The notes below the pieces were generated by a model. The model had not been told where the DNA came from. It did not search any database and saw only the letters and a program-made list of their open reading frames with translations. Both the position numbers and the translations under genes were made by a program. Of a DNA stretch of 64,000 nucleotides, positions 51,936 to 63,928 are shown piece by piece. Every line of letters begins with the position of its first letter. Positions within the stretch are counted from its first letter, which is position 1. Location: assembly GCA_965644295.1 (NCBI GenBank), contig CBFFRP010000162.1:34007-98006 (forward strand), in the 5' to 3' direction. Origin of the DNA: Paraphysomonas bandaiensis (taxonomy: Eukaryota > Protista > Chrysophyceae).

Positions 51936-53553
51936 TCAACGCCTACTACTTCTGTGATAGCGATCGCTGCTCCTGGACCGACGGCGCCTGTCATCCCGAC
52001 TTCTACTTCTACTATGACGGCTATTGCGATGTGAGTTTCCCTTTCCTGTGTCCCTCTCCCTGCCCTTGTCTCTTCCCCTTTCTCTGTTTCTCTCTCTGGA
52101 ACGGGAGCGTCCATTCCTTGAGCTGCATGTAGAATTATTACTCAATATTACTATATACAAAATATTCCTACTACACATCCTTCATAAGCAGTGCAAGCAA
52201 GAAATAACCACACGAGTTATCTATGCTACTTGCCTGTGATGCCCCCTCTGTCCGTTATGATACTTCCGGTCTCCTTCGCGATGTTGCCCAATAATAGGGT
52301 CACTGTGCCTCTTACCATCATCCCCACCCCTCTCTCGACCCCTACCCATACCAGCGGACTTTTTATCTGTATCAGAATCCCTTCCAGGCTTTTGCTGCTT
52401 GTGTGGACGAAGCAAATACTTATTCCACAGCTTCGATACAGACTGAGAGAAGTCCACCTACTCCCAACGGAGTGAAACGTTAAAATACTGTACATTTTGT
52501 ACACTATTACCTTTATTCTTCTGTCATCAATAAGAACATTATTCATCTTCTCGTACGCTTCTAAAACAGCATCCTCAGTCTCGAACTCAATAAATGCATA
52601 GTTTAGTGAATCCCCAGTCTTATAATCTCGTATAATGGCACACTCTTTAATGGGACCAAATCGAGAGAAAATAAGCTCCAAGTCTGCATCCGTAGTAACG
52701 GGATTCAACTTGCATACGAACAAAACCTCTGCTGGGGGTTTCACCTGGAGGATAATATTGCGAAAGATGAGCAGTAAGCAAGAACACTTAATCAAGAAAA
52801 TAGCAATAGAACCTACATAGTGTGAGAACGCACCTCTGCATCCGGAATATCTCCTGTCATCTCCAACACAATTGCTCGAGATTCCGCCTCCTTTCTTCGT
52901 ATGCTTTCATCCAGTTCCTCAGCAGTCCTTTGTTCATCTTCCGCACTGACTACTCCCTCCTCATACGGTATCCGACGGCTAACCTTCTCTTCGGGGGGAA
53001 TTTCTGCTTCAGGGGATCCAGGGGGGATATCTAGCTGAGGAGGGTCATCAAACGGATCATCAAGGATATAAGTATGGCGGATACGGACATCCTGAAAAGG
53101 ACGACCGTCTTCGTCGGTATAAAGATTATTAAGTTTTTCAAGAGTGTCAAACCCTTCCGCAATTTCACCAAACACAGTATGCTTATCATCCAAATGCTCC
53201 ATATCTTCACCACGAAATGTAATAAAAAACTGTGATCGATTACCAACTTCAGAGCCACCGCCAGCCATACTGACTATACCCGCCTTGTTATGCCTCCTGT
53301 GCTTATGTATCTCATCTTCAAACCCCGTTGCTTGTGAACCATACATCATCCCATATACAGATGTACCTCCACTACCTGTTCCAGTTGGATCACCTGTTTG
53401 TGCGATATAATTCTGTTGCACATTATGAAACAAGCAGCCATTGTAGTACTTTATTTTACAGAGCTTTAAAAAATTTTTGGTTGCTAATGGACAGTCATTG
53501 CAGTATAAATCAATCACAAGTTCCCCACAGGATGTGTCTAGAAGGACTGCCAT
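51936..53553 (-). CDS. PPIL4: Cyclophilin-RRM-RS protein (PPIL4/CYP59)
   Basis: [16 protein letters not shown]...[12 protein letters not shown]; QTGDPTGTG; [16 protein letters not shown]; [48 protein letters not shown]; RS-rich tail. Confidence 0.95.
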
Positions 53554-54116
53554 GATGCAAACCAATGCAATGATTGGGAATTAATGAGAGTAGTGTGATA
53601 GTGTGGATTGTTATGTACCACAACAGTAATATGATGTGACATGTACTGCTATACTGCTGTACTCATATACTTTATTTACGTACGATAGTTGATATACAGT
53701 TGTTATAGTAACTGTGTATGTCATAAGAAGAAATTGTAACCAAAGACATATCGGCATCCTTTGTATATTTTTGTTCAAAGATGCCTCTATTACTGAGACA
53801 ACAATTATCTATAGACCAGCCGTAGGTGTATAGCAGTAGTATAGAGTATATTTGCTTCAACCAATTTCCGAAACCTATGATGCTGACAGCCGATAAGGAA
53901 ATTAGAGTTTTTCGATGCAATGTTGTTAATTTCTAGATCTTGAATGTCAACAGCATTAGAAATACTCTAGAAAACTGAATTTTCAACAAAAATTCCGCTT
54001 TCTATCACATTTGATTACCAATTTTGCCACAATAACAAATAAACACAAACCAATCCAACGATATCAACAACTCCTCAAGAAGCATCTTATAAACTAACTA
54101 CTAGCAAAGTATAATA

Positions 54117-54542
54117 ATGGCATTGTCTATCCTACGCAACGATCCCTTTTATCGCGATGTCTTCGCTCCGTTGAATGAAGATCGAGTTGTGTCTAATCTT
54201 CAGCCGATCATGAACTGTGACTTGATCGAGACAGAGAATAATTATCATGTCCACGCCGACCTTCCCGAAGTAGAAGAGAAGGATCTGGATATATCAGTTG
54301 AGAATAATTGCTTGATTCTGAAGGCACAACGTGACAGGAAGCATGAGGTCAACACATCGAAGGAGCACAGAGTTGAAAGGAGTTTTGGCCAGGTTCAGAG
54401 GTGCCTGAAGTTGCCGAAAACGGCTGATGTTAGTAATTGCACCGCGAACCTAGAGAATGGTGTCCTGACAGTCTCCTTCCCTAAGTTGCCTGAGGCAAAG
54501 CCACAGAAGATTCAGGTTAATCTTCAGAAGCCTTCAGCATAG
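54117..54542 (+). CDS. Small heat-shock protein HSP20, copy 1 (two aa differences)
   Basis: Alpha-crystallin motifs DLIETE, ADLP, HRVERSFG, ANLENGVLTVSFPK; C-terminal IQV motif. ETENN and DLPE replace ETEND and DLPG. Confidence 0.95.
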   Translation: MALSILRNDPFYRDVFAPLNEDRVVSNLQPIMNCDLIETENNYHVHADLPEVEEKDLDISVENNCLILKAQRDRKHEVNTSKEHRVERSFGQVQRCLKLPKTADVSNCTANLENGVLTVSFPKLPEAKPQKIQVNLQKPSA

Positions 54543-55717
54543 ATTTGGATCAATGTATCGATGTCAATTAGAAAGGGTCGTAAGGAGGCCTATGTACTAT
54601 AATCACAGTATAGGTTAGATTGTATTATCTTATATTTTTATTATTTTCCGACTCTTTCGATTCGAATTTTGGACTTCATTTAATTAATTTAACTTTGAAA
54701 TCATTCTATTAAAATGTTGACACATTGTTAATGTGACATGTCGTGCTAACTGAGGATTACAAGTACAGTAGTTATTATGCGTTACTTAATTAATATAGAA
54801 TTTCATCGTTACCTACATGTGAGATATTGTCAAAGATTGCGAGATTACTAGTTGGATCTGTGGTCATGTTCTTGGTTGTTGTTCCTGTCCCATAGGTGTA
54901 TATACTTGATGTAGGCGCATTCATAAAAGTGCTTAGTATTGAATGTATAAACTAAGGTGTTTTGTAATCTGTAGGATACTCACTTACAAAAAACGAATAT
55001 ACTGTAATTGTTTCTCTTAGTAGCTCTCTTAGTTTAGGTACATGCATATTCTACCATTCATTTTGCTATTATTACTTATTGAGCATAGCGTATAAATATA
55101 CCCACCCAGCAGCAGTGAAGCTATGACTAATGACTACTATCTACATGCAATATCCTCGCTGCTATATAAATATTTCTGTTCAAGTGATATTACATAAAAT
55201 TATGTTTGCATTCATTACACGCTAAAGGCAATCAAGTGATACACACTACTAACAATTGCCATGTCGATAATAATTATGTTACAAACTATGTATTTGCTTG
55301 AAGAATTCCATAAACGTTAATAATACAGCTTAGTTCACCAATTCCTCAATAACCGAGTGCTTTGTTTATCCCTAATCAGTACTCTACAGACTGACTCTGA
55401 TTGACAGATTGACAGCTACCTACATTATCAAAGCTACAACGCCGTAGCAAACTATAACATATTCCACATAACTTGCTACGCAATATAACTACTGTACTTG
55501 TAATCCTCAGTTAGCACGACATGTCACATTAACAATGTGTCAACATTTTAATAGAATGATTTCAAAGTTAAATTAATTAAATGAAGTCCAAAATTCGAAT
55601 CGAAAGAGTCGGAAAATAATAAAAATATAAGATAATACAATCTAACCTATACTGTGATTATAGTACATAGGCCTCCTTACGACCCTTTCTAGTGGACATC
55701 GATACATTGATCCAAAT

Positions 55718-55754
55718 CTATGCTGAAGGCTTCTGAAGATTAACCTGAATCTTC
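55718..55754 (-). pseudogene. 3'-terminal 37-nt remnant of an HSP20 copy at a deletion junction
   Basis: Matches the end of the HSP20 CDS, then jumps to plus-oriented 3' flank sequence. Confidence 0.85.
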
Positions 55755-56737
55755 ATATTTTTATTATTTTCCGACTCTTTCGATTCGAATTTTGGACTTC
55801 ATTTAATTAATTTAACTTTGAAATCATTCTATTAAAATGTTGACACATTGTTAATGTGACATGTCGTGCTAACTGAGGATTACAAGTACAGTAGTTATAT
55901 TGCGTAGCAAGTTATGTGGAATATGTTATAGTTTGCTACGGCGTTGTAGCTTCGATAATGTAGGTAGCTGTCAATCTGTCAATCAGAGTCAGTCTGTAGA
56001 GTACTGATTAGGGATAAACAAAGCACTCGGTTATTGAGGAATTGGTGAACTAAGCTGTATTATTAACGTTTATGGAATTCTTCAAGCAAATACATAGTTT
56101 GTAACATAATTATTATCGACATGACAATTGTTAATAGTGTGTATCACTTGATTGCCTTTAGCGTGTAATGAATGCAAACATAATTTTATGTAATATCACT
56201 TGAACAGAAATATTTATATAGCAGCGAGGATATTGCATGTAGATAGTAGTCATTAGTCATAGCTTCACTGCTGCTGGGTGGGTATATTTATACGCTATAT
56301 GCTCAATAAGTAATAATAGCAAAATGAATGGTAGAATATGCATGTACCTAAACTAAGAGAGCTACTAAGAGAAACAATTACAGTATATTCGTTTTTTGTA
56401 AGTGAGTATCCTACAGATTACAAAACACCTTAGTTTATACATTCAATACTAAGCACTTTTTATGAATGAGCCTACATCAAGTATATACACCTATGGGACA
56501 GGAACAACAACCAAGAACATGACCACAGATCCAACTAGTAATCTCGCAATCTTTGACAAGATCTCACATGTAGGTAACGATGAAATTCTATATTAATTAA
56601 ATGAAGTACAAAATTCGAATCGAAGGAGTCGGAAAATAATAAAAATATAAGATAATACAATCTAACCTATACTGTGATTATAGTACATAGGCCTCCTTAC
56701 GACCCTTTCTAGTGGACATCGATACATTGATCCAAAT

Positions 56738-57163
56738 CTATGCTGAAGGCTTCTGAAGATTAACCTGAATCTTCTGTGGCTTTGCCTCAGGCAACTTAGG
56801 GAAGGAGACTGTCAGGACACCATTCTCTAGGTTCGCGGTGCAATTACTAACATCAGCCGTTTTCGGCAACTTCAGGCACCTCTGAACCTGGCCAAAACTC
56901 CTTTCAACTCTGTGCTCCTTCGATGTGTTGACCTCATGCTTCCTGTCACGTTGTGCCTTCAGAATCAAGCAATTATTCTCAACTGATATATCCAGATCCT
57001 TCTCTTCTACTCCGGGAAGGTCGGCGTGGACATGATAATCATTCTCTGTCTCGATCAAGTCACAGTTCATGATCGGCTGAAGATTAGACACAACTCGATC
57101 TTCATTCAACGGAGCGAAGACATCGCGATAAAAGGGATCGTTGCGTAGGATAGACAATGCCAT
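56738..57163 (-). CDS. HSP20 copy 2
   Basis: 141-aa ORF identical to copies 3-8. Confidence 0.95.
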   Translation of the reverse strand: MALSILRNDPFYRDVFAPLNEDRVVSNLQPIMNCDLIETENDYHVHADLPGVEEKDLDISVENNCLILKAQRDRKHEVNTSKEHRVERSFGQVQRCLKLPKTADVSNCTANLENGVLTVSFPKLPEAKPQKIQVNLQKPSA

Positions 57164-57494
57164 TATTATACTTTGCTAGTAGTTAGTTTATAAGATGCTT
57201 CTTGAGGAGTTTGATATCGTGTTTGCTGTGTTTGTATTATGTTGAATTATGAGGAGAATTGTTCATAAAACCCAAGAAATTAGAGTTTTTCGATGCAATG
57301 TTGTTAATTTCTAGATCTTGAATGTCAACAGCATTAGAAATACTCTAGAAAACTGAATTTTCAACAAAAATTCCGCTTTCTATCACATTTGATTACCAAT
57401 TTTGCCACAATAACAAATAAACACAAACCAATCCAACGATATCAACAACTCCTCAAGAAGCATCTTATAAACTAACTACTAGCAAAGTATAATA
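57164..57494. promoter_or_regulatory. Bidirectional HSP20 promoter with imperfect nGAAn heat-shock-element-like pentamers; recurs inverted at 59419-59749 and 61674-62004
   Basis: Lies between divergent ATGs; contains TTCtaGAT, CTCtaGAA and GAAttTTC at ~57309-57362. HSE function is inference. Confidence 0.55.
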
Positions 57495-57920
57495 ATGGCA
57501 TTGTCTATCCTACGCAACGATCCCTTTTATCGCGATGTCTTCGCTCCGTTGAATGAAGATCGAGTTGTGTCTAATCTTCAGCCGATCATGAACTGTGACT
57601 TGATCGAGACAGAGAATGATTATCATGTCCACGCCGACCTTCCCGGAGTAGAAGAGAAGGATCTGGATATATCAGTTGAGAATAATTGCTTGATTCTGAA
57701 GGCACAACGTGACAGGAAGCATGAGGTCAACACATCGAAGGAGCACAGAGTTGAAAGGAGTTTTGGCCAGGTTCAGAGGTGCCTGAAGTTGCCGAAAACG
57801 GCTGATGTTAGTAATTGCACCGCGAACCTAGAGAATGGTGTCCTGACAGTCTCCTTCCCTAAGTTGCCTGAGGCAAAGCCACAGAAGATTCAGGTTAATC
57901 TTCAGAAGCCTTCAGCATAG
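57495..57920 (+). CDS. HSP20 copy 3
   Basis: Identical 141-aa ORF. Confidence 0.95.
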   Translation: MALSILRNDPFYRDVFAPLNEDRVVSNLQPIMNCDLIETENDYHVHADLPGVEEKDLDISVENNCLILKAQRDRKHEVNTSKEHRVERSFGQVQRCLKLPKTADVSNCTANLENGVLTVSFPKLPEAKPQKIQVNLQKPSA

Positions 57921-58992
57921 ATTTGGATCAATGTATCGATGTCCACTAGAAAGGGTCGTAAGGAGGCCTATGTACTATAATCACAGTATAGGTTAGATTG
58001 TATTATCTTATATTTTTATTATTTTCCGACTCTTTCGATTCGAATTTTGGACTTCATTTAATTAATATAGAATTTCATCGTTACCTACATGTGAGATCTT
58101 GTCAAAGATTGCGAGATTACTAGTTGGATCTGTGGTCATGTTCTTGGTTGTTGTTCCTGTCCCATAGGTGTATATACTTAATGTAGGCTCATTCATAAAA
58201 AGTGCTTAGTATTGAATGTATAAACTAAGGTGTTTTGTAATCTGTAGGATACTCACTTACAAAAAACGAATATACTGTAATTGTTTCTCTTAGTAGCTCT
58301 CTTAGTTTAGGTACATGCATATTCTACCATTCATTTTGCTATTATTACTTATTGAGCATATAGCGTATAAATATACCCACCCAGCAGCAGTGAAGCTATG
58401 ACTAATGACTACTATCTACATGCAATATCCTCGCTGCTATATAAATATTTCTGTTCAAGTGATATTACATAAAATTATGTTTGCATTCATTACACGCTAA
58501 AGGCAATCAAGTGATACACACTATTAACAATTGTCATGTCGATAATAATTATGTTACAAACTATGTATTTGCTTGAAGAATTCCATAAACGTTAATAATA
58601 CAGCTTAGTTCACCAATTCCTCAATAACCGAGTGCTTTGTTTATCCCTAATCAGTACTCTACAGACTGACTCTGATTGACAGATTGACAGCTACCTACAT
58701 TATCGAAGCTACAACGCCGTAGCAAACTATAACATATTCCACATAACTTGCTACGCAATATAACTACTGTACTTGTAATCCTCAGTTAGCACGACATGTC
58801 ACATTAACAATGTGTCAACATTTTAATAGAATGATTTCAAAGTTAAATTAATTAAATGAAGTCCAAAATTCGAATCGAAAGAGTCGGAAAATAATAAAAA
58901 TATAAGATAATACAATCTAACCTATACTGTGATTATAGTACATAGGCCTCCTTACGACCCTTTCTAGTGGACATCGATACATTGATCCAAAT

Positions 58993-59418
58993 CTATGCTG
59001 AAGGCTTCTGAAGATTAACCTGAATCTTCTGCGGCTTTGCCTCAGGCAACTTAGGGAAGGAGACTGTCAGGACACCATTCTCTAGGTTCGCGGTGCAATT
59101 ACTAACATCAGCCGTTTTCGGCAACTTCAGGCACCTCTGAACCTGGCCAAAACTCCTTTCAACTCTGTGCTCCTTCGATGTGTTGACCTCATGCTTCCTG
59201 TCACGTTGTGCCTTCAGAATCAAGCAATTATTCTCAACTGATATATCCAGATCCTTCTCTTCTACTCCGGGAAGGTCGGCGTGGACATGATAATCATTCT
59301 CTGTCTCGATCAAGTCACAGTTCATGATCGGCTGAAGATTAGACACAACTCGATCTTCATTCAACGGAGCGAAGACATCGCGATAAAAGGGATCGTTGCG
59401 TAGGATAGACAATGCCAT
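58993..59418 (-). CDS. HSP20 copy 4
   Basis: Identical 141-aa ORF. Confidence 0.95.
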   Translation of the reverse strand: MALSILRNDPFYRDVFAPLNEDRVVSNLQPIMNCDLIETENDYHVHADLPGVEEKDLDISVENNCLILKAQRDRKHEVNTSKEHRVERSFGQVQRCLKLPKTADVSNCTANLENGVLTVSFPKLPEAKPQKIQVNLQKPSA

Positions 59419-59749
59419 TATTATACTTTGCTAGTAGTTAGTTTATAAGATGCTTCTTGAGGAGTTGTTGATATCGTTGGATTGGTTTGTGTTTATTTGT
59501 TATTGTGGCAAAATTGGTAATCAAATGTGATAGAAAGCGGAATTTTTGTTGAAAATTCAGTTTTCTAGAGTATTTCTAATGCTGTTGACATTCAAGATCT
59601 AGAAATTAACAACATTGCATCGAAAAACTCTAATTTCTTGGGTTTTATGAACAATTCTCCTCATAATTCAACATAATACAAACACAGCAAACACGATATC
59701 AAACTCCTCAAGAAGCATCTTATAAACTAACTACTAGCAAAGTATAATA

Positions 59750-60175
59750 ATGGCATTGTCTATCCTACGCAACGATCCCTTTTATCGCGATGTCTTCGCT
59801 CCGTTGAATGAAGATCGAGTTGTGTCTAATCTTCAGCCGATCATGAACTGTGACTTGATCGAGACAGAGAATGATTATCATGTCCACGCCGACCTTCCCG
59901 GAGTAGAAGAGAAGGATCTGGATATATCAGTTGAGAATAATTGCTTGATTCTGAAGGCACAACGTGACAGGAAGCATGAGGTCAACACATCGAAGGAGCA
60001 CAGAGTTGAAAGGAGTTTTGGCCAGGTTCAGAGGTGCCTGAAGTTGCCGAAAACGGCTGATGTTAGTAATTGCACCGCGAACCTAGAGAATGGTGTCCTG
60101 ACAGTCTCCTTCCCTAAGTTGCCTGAGGCAAAGCCACAGAAGATTCAGGTTAATCTTCAGAAGCCTTCAGCATAG
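59750..60175 (+). CDS. HSP20 copy 5
   Basis: Identical 141-aa ORF. Confidence 0.95.
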   Translation: MALSILRNDPFYRDVFAPLNEDRVVSNLQPIMNCDLIETENDYHVHADLPGVEEKDLDISVENNCLILKAQRDRKHEVNTSKEHRVERSFGQVQRCLKLPKTADVSNCTANLENGVLTVSFPKLPEAKPQKIQVNLQKPSA

Positions 60176-61247
60176 ATTTGGATCAATGTATCGATGTCAA
60201 TTAGAAAGGGTCGTAAGGAGGCCTATGTACTATAATCACAGTATAGGTTAGATTGTATTATCTTATATTTTTATTATTTTCCGACTCTTTCGATTCGAAT
60301 TTTGTACTTCATTTAATTAATATAGAATTTCATCGTTACCTACATGTGAGATCTTGTCAAAGATTGCGAGATTACTAGTTGGATCTGTGGTCATGTTCTT
60401 GGTTGTTGTTCCTGTCCCATAGGTGTATATACTTGATGTAGGCTCATTCATAAAAAGTGCTTAGTATTGAATGTATAAACTAAGGTGTTTTGTAATCTGT
60501 AGGATACTCACTTACAAAAAACGAATATACTGTAATTGTTTCTCTTAGTAGCTCTCTTCGTTTAGGTACATGCATATTCTACCATTCATTTTGCTATTAT
60601 TACTTATTGAGCATATAGCGTATAAATATACCCACCCAGCAGCAGTGAAGCTATGACTAATGACTACTATCTACATGCAATATCCTCGCTGCTATATAAA
60701 TATTTCTGTTCAAGTGATATTACATAAAATTATGTTTGCATTCATTACACGCTAAAGGCAATCAAGTGATACACACTATTAACAATTGTCATGTCGATAA
60801 TAATTATGTTACAAACTATGTATTTGCTTGAAGAATTCCATAAACGTTAATAATACAGCTTAGTTCACCAATTCCTCAATAACCGAGTGCTTTGTTTATC
60901 CCTAATCAGTACTCTACAGACTGACTCTGATTGACAGATTGACAGCTACCTACATTATCGAAGCTACAACGCCGTAGCAAACTATAACATATTCCACATA
61001 ACTTGCTACGCAATATAACTACTGTACTTGTAATCCTCAGTTAGCACGACATGTCACATTAACAATGTGTCAACATTTTAATAGAATGATTTCAAAGTTA
61101 AATTAATTAAATGAAGTCCAAAATTCGAATCGAAAGAGTCGGAAAATAATAAAAATATAAGATAATACAATCTAACCTATACTGTGATTATAGTACATAG
61201 GCCTCCTTACGACCCTTTCTAGTGGACATCGATACATTGATCCAAAT

Positions 61248-61673
61248 CTATGCTGAAGGCTTCTGAAGATTAACCTGAATCTTCTGCGGCTTTGCCTCAG
61301 GCAACTTAGGGAAGGAGACTGTCAGGACACCATTCTCTAGGTTCGCGGTGCAATTACTAACATCAGCCGTTTTCGGCAACTTCAGGCACCTCTGAACCTG
61401 GCCAAAACTCCTTTCAACTCTGTGCTCCTTCGATGTGTTGACCTCATGCTTCCTGTCACGTTGTGCCTTCAGAATCAAGCAATTATTCTCAACTGATATA
61501 TCCAGATCCTTCTCTTCTACTCCGGGAAGGTCGGCGTGGACATGATAATCATTCTCTGTCTCGATCAAGTCACAGTTCATGATCGGCTGAAGATTAGACA
61601 CAACTCGATCTTCATTCAACGGAGCGAAGACATCGCGATAAAAGGGATCGTTGCGTAGGATAGACAATGCCAT
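61248..61673 (-). CDS. HSP20 copy 6
   Basis: Identical 141-aa ORF. Confidence 0.95.
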   Translation of the reverse strand: MALSILRNDPFYRDVFAPLNEDRVVSNLQPIMNCDLIETENDYHVHADLPGVEEKDLDISVENNCLILKAQRDRKHEVNTSKEHRVERSFGQVQRCLKLPKTADVSNCTANLENGVLTVSFPKLPEAKPQKIQVNLQKPSA

Positions 61674-62004
61674 TATTATACTTTGCTAGTAGTTAGTTTA
61701 TAAGATGCTTCTTGAGGAGTTGTTGATATCGTTGGATTGGTTTGTGTTTATTTGTTATTGTGGCAAAATTGGTAATCAAATGTGATAGAAAGCGGAATTT
61801 TTGTTGAAAATTCAGTTTTCTAGAGTATTTCTAATGCTGTTGACATTCAAGATCTAGAAATTAACAACATTGCATCGAAAAACTCTAATTTCTTGGGTTT
61901 TATGAACAATTCTCCTCATAATTCAACATAATACAAACACAGCAAACACGATATCAAACTCCTCAAGAAGCATCTTATAAACTAACTACTAGCAAAGTAT
62001 AATA

Positions 62005-62430
62005 ATGGCATTGTCTATCCTACGCAACGATCCCTTTTATCGCGATGTCTTCGCTCCGTTGAATGAAGATCGAGTTGTGTCTAATCTTCAGCCGATCATG
62101 AACTGTGACTTGATCGAGACAGAGAATGATTATCATGTCCACGCCGACCTTCCCGGAGTAGAAGAGAAGGATCTGGATATATCAGTTGAGAATAATTGCT
62201 TGATTCTGAAGGCACAACGTGACAGGAAGCATGAGGTCAACACATCGAAGGAGCACAGAGTTGAAAGGAGTTTTGGCCAGGTTCAGAGGTGCCTGAAGTT
62301 GCCGAAAACGGCTGATGTTAGTAATTGCACCGCGAACCTAGAGAATGGTGTCCTGACAGTCTCCTTCCCTAAGTTGCCTGAGGCAAAGCCACAGAAGATT
62401 CAGGTTAATCTTCAGAAGCCTTCAGCATAG
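62005..62430 (+). CDS. HSP20 copy 7
   Basis: Identical 141-aa ORF. Confidence 0.95.
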   Translation: MALSILRNDPFYRDVFAPLNEDRVVSNLQPIMNCDLIETENDYHVHADLPGVEEKDLDISVENNCLILKAQRDRKHEVNTSKEHRVERSFGQVQRCLKLPKTADVSNCTANLENGVLTVSFPKLPEAKPQKIQVNLQKPSA

Positions 62431-63502
62431 ATTTGGATCAATGTATCGATGTCAATTAGAAAGGGTCGTAAGGAGGCCTATGTACTATAATCACAGTATA
62501 GGTTAGATTGTATTATCTTATATTTTTATTATTTTCCGACTCTTTCGATTCGAATTTTGTACTTCATTTAATTAATATAGAATTTCATCGTTACCTACAT
62601 GTGAGATCTTGTCAAAGATTGCGAGATTACTAGTTGGATCTGTGGTCATGTTCTTGGTTGTTGTTCCTGTCCCATAGGTGTATATACTTGATGTAGGCTC
62701 ATTCATAAAAAGTGCTTAGTATTGAATGTATAAACTAAGGTGTTTTGTAATCTGTAGGATACTCACTTACAAAAAACGAATATACTGTAATTGTTTCTCT
62801 TAGTAGCTCTCTTCGTTTAGGTACATGCATATTCTACCATTCATTTTGCTATTATTACTTATTGAGCATATAGCGTATAAATATACCCACCCAGCAGCAG
62901 TGAAGCTATGACTAATGACTACTATCTACATGCAATATCCTCGCTGCTATATAAATATTTCTGTTCAAGTGATATTACATAAAATTATGTTTGCATTCAT
63001 TACACGCTAAAGGCAATCAAGTGATACACACTATTAACAATTGCCATGTCGATAATAATTATGTTACAAACTATGTATTTGCTTGAAGAATTCCATAAAC
63101 GTTAATAATACAGCTTAGTTCACCAATTCCTCAATAACCGAGTGCTTTGTTTATCCCTAATCAGTACTCTACAGACTGACTCTGATTGACAGATTGACAG
63201 CTACCTACATTATCGAAGCTACAACGCCGTAGCAAACTATAACATATTCCACATAACTTGCTACGCAATATAACTACTGTACTTGTAATCCTCAGTTAGC
63301 ACGACATGTCACATTAACAATGTGTCAACATTTTAATAGAATGATTTCAAAGTTAAATTAATTAAATGAAGTCCAAAATTCGAATCGAAAGAGTCGGAAA
63401 ATAATAAAAATATAAGATAATACAATCTAACCTATACTGTGATTATAGTACATAGGCCTCCTTACGACCCTTTCTAGTGGACATCGATACATTGATCCAA
63501 AT

Positions 63503-63928
63503 CTATGCTGAAGGCTTCTGAAGATTAACCTGAATCTTCTGCGGCTTTGCCTCAGGCAACTTAGGGAAGGAGACTGTCAGGACACCATTCTCTAGGTTCG
63601 CGGTGCAATTACTAACATCAGCCGTTTTCGGCAACTTCAGGCACCTCTGAACCTGGCCAAAACTCCTTTCAACTCTGTGCTCCTTCGATGTGTTGACCTC
63701 ATGCTTCCTGTCACGTTGTGCCTTCAGAATCAAGCAATTATTCTCAACTGATATATCCAGATCCTTCTCTTCTACTCCGGGAAGGTCGGCGTGGACATGA
63801 TAATCATTCTCTGTCTCGATCAAGTCACAGTTCATGATCGGCTGAAGATTAGACACAACTCGATCTTCATTCAACGGAGCGAAGACATCGCGATAAAAGG
63901 GATCGTTGCGTAGGATAGACAATGCCAT
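63503..63928 (-). CDS. HSP20 copy 8
   Basis: Identical 141-aa ORF. Confidence 0.95.
   Translation of the reverse strand: MALSILRNDPFYRDVFAPLNEDRVVSNLQPIMNCDLIETENDYHVHADLPGVEEKDLDISVENNCLILKAQRDRKHEVNTSKEHRVERSFGQVQRCLKLPKTADVSNCTANLENGVLTVSFPKLPEAKPQKIQVNLQKPSA

Noticed and set aside
512-53555. Numerous short ORFs antisense to or overlapping the called genes
   Set aside because: Shadow frames without recognisable motifs.
57921-58992. Hidden gene or recombinase in the HSP20 spacers
   Set aside because: No ORF of 60 aa or more and no recognisable RNA gene; inversion is explicable by homologous recombination between the arms.
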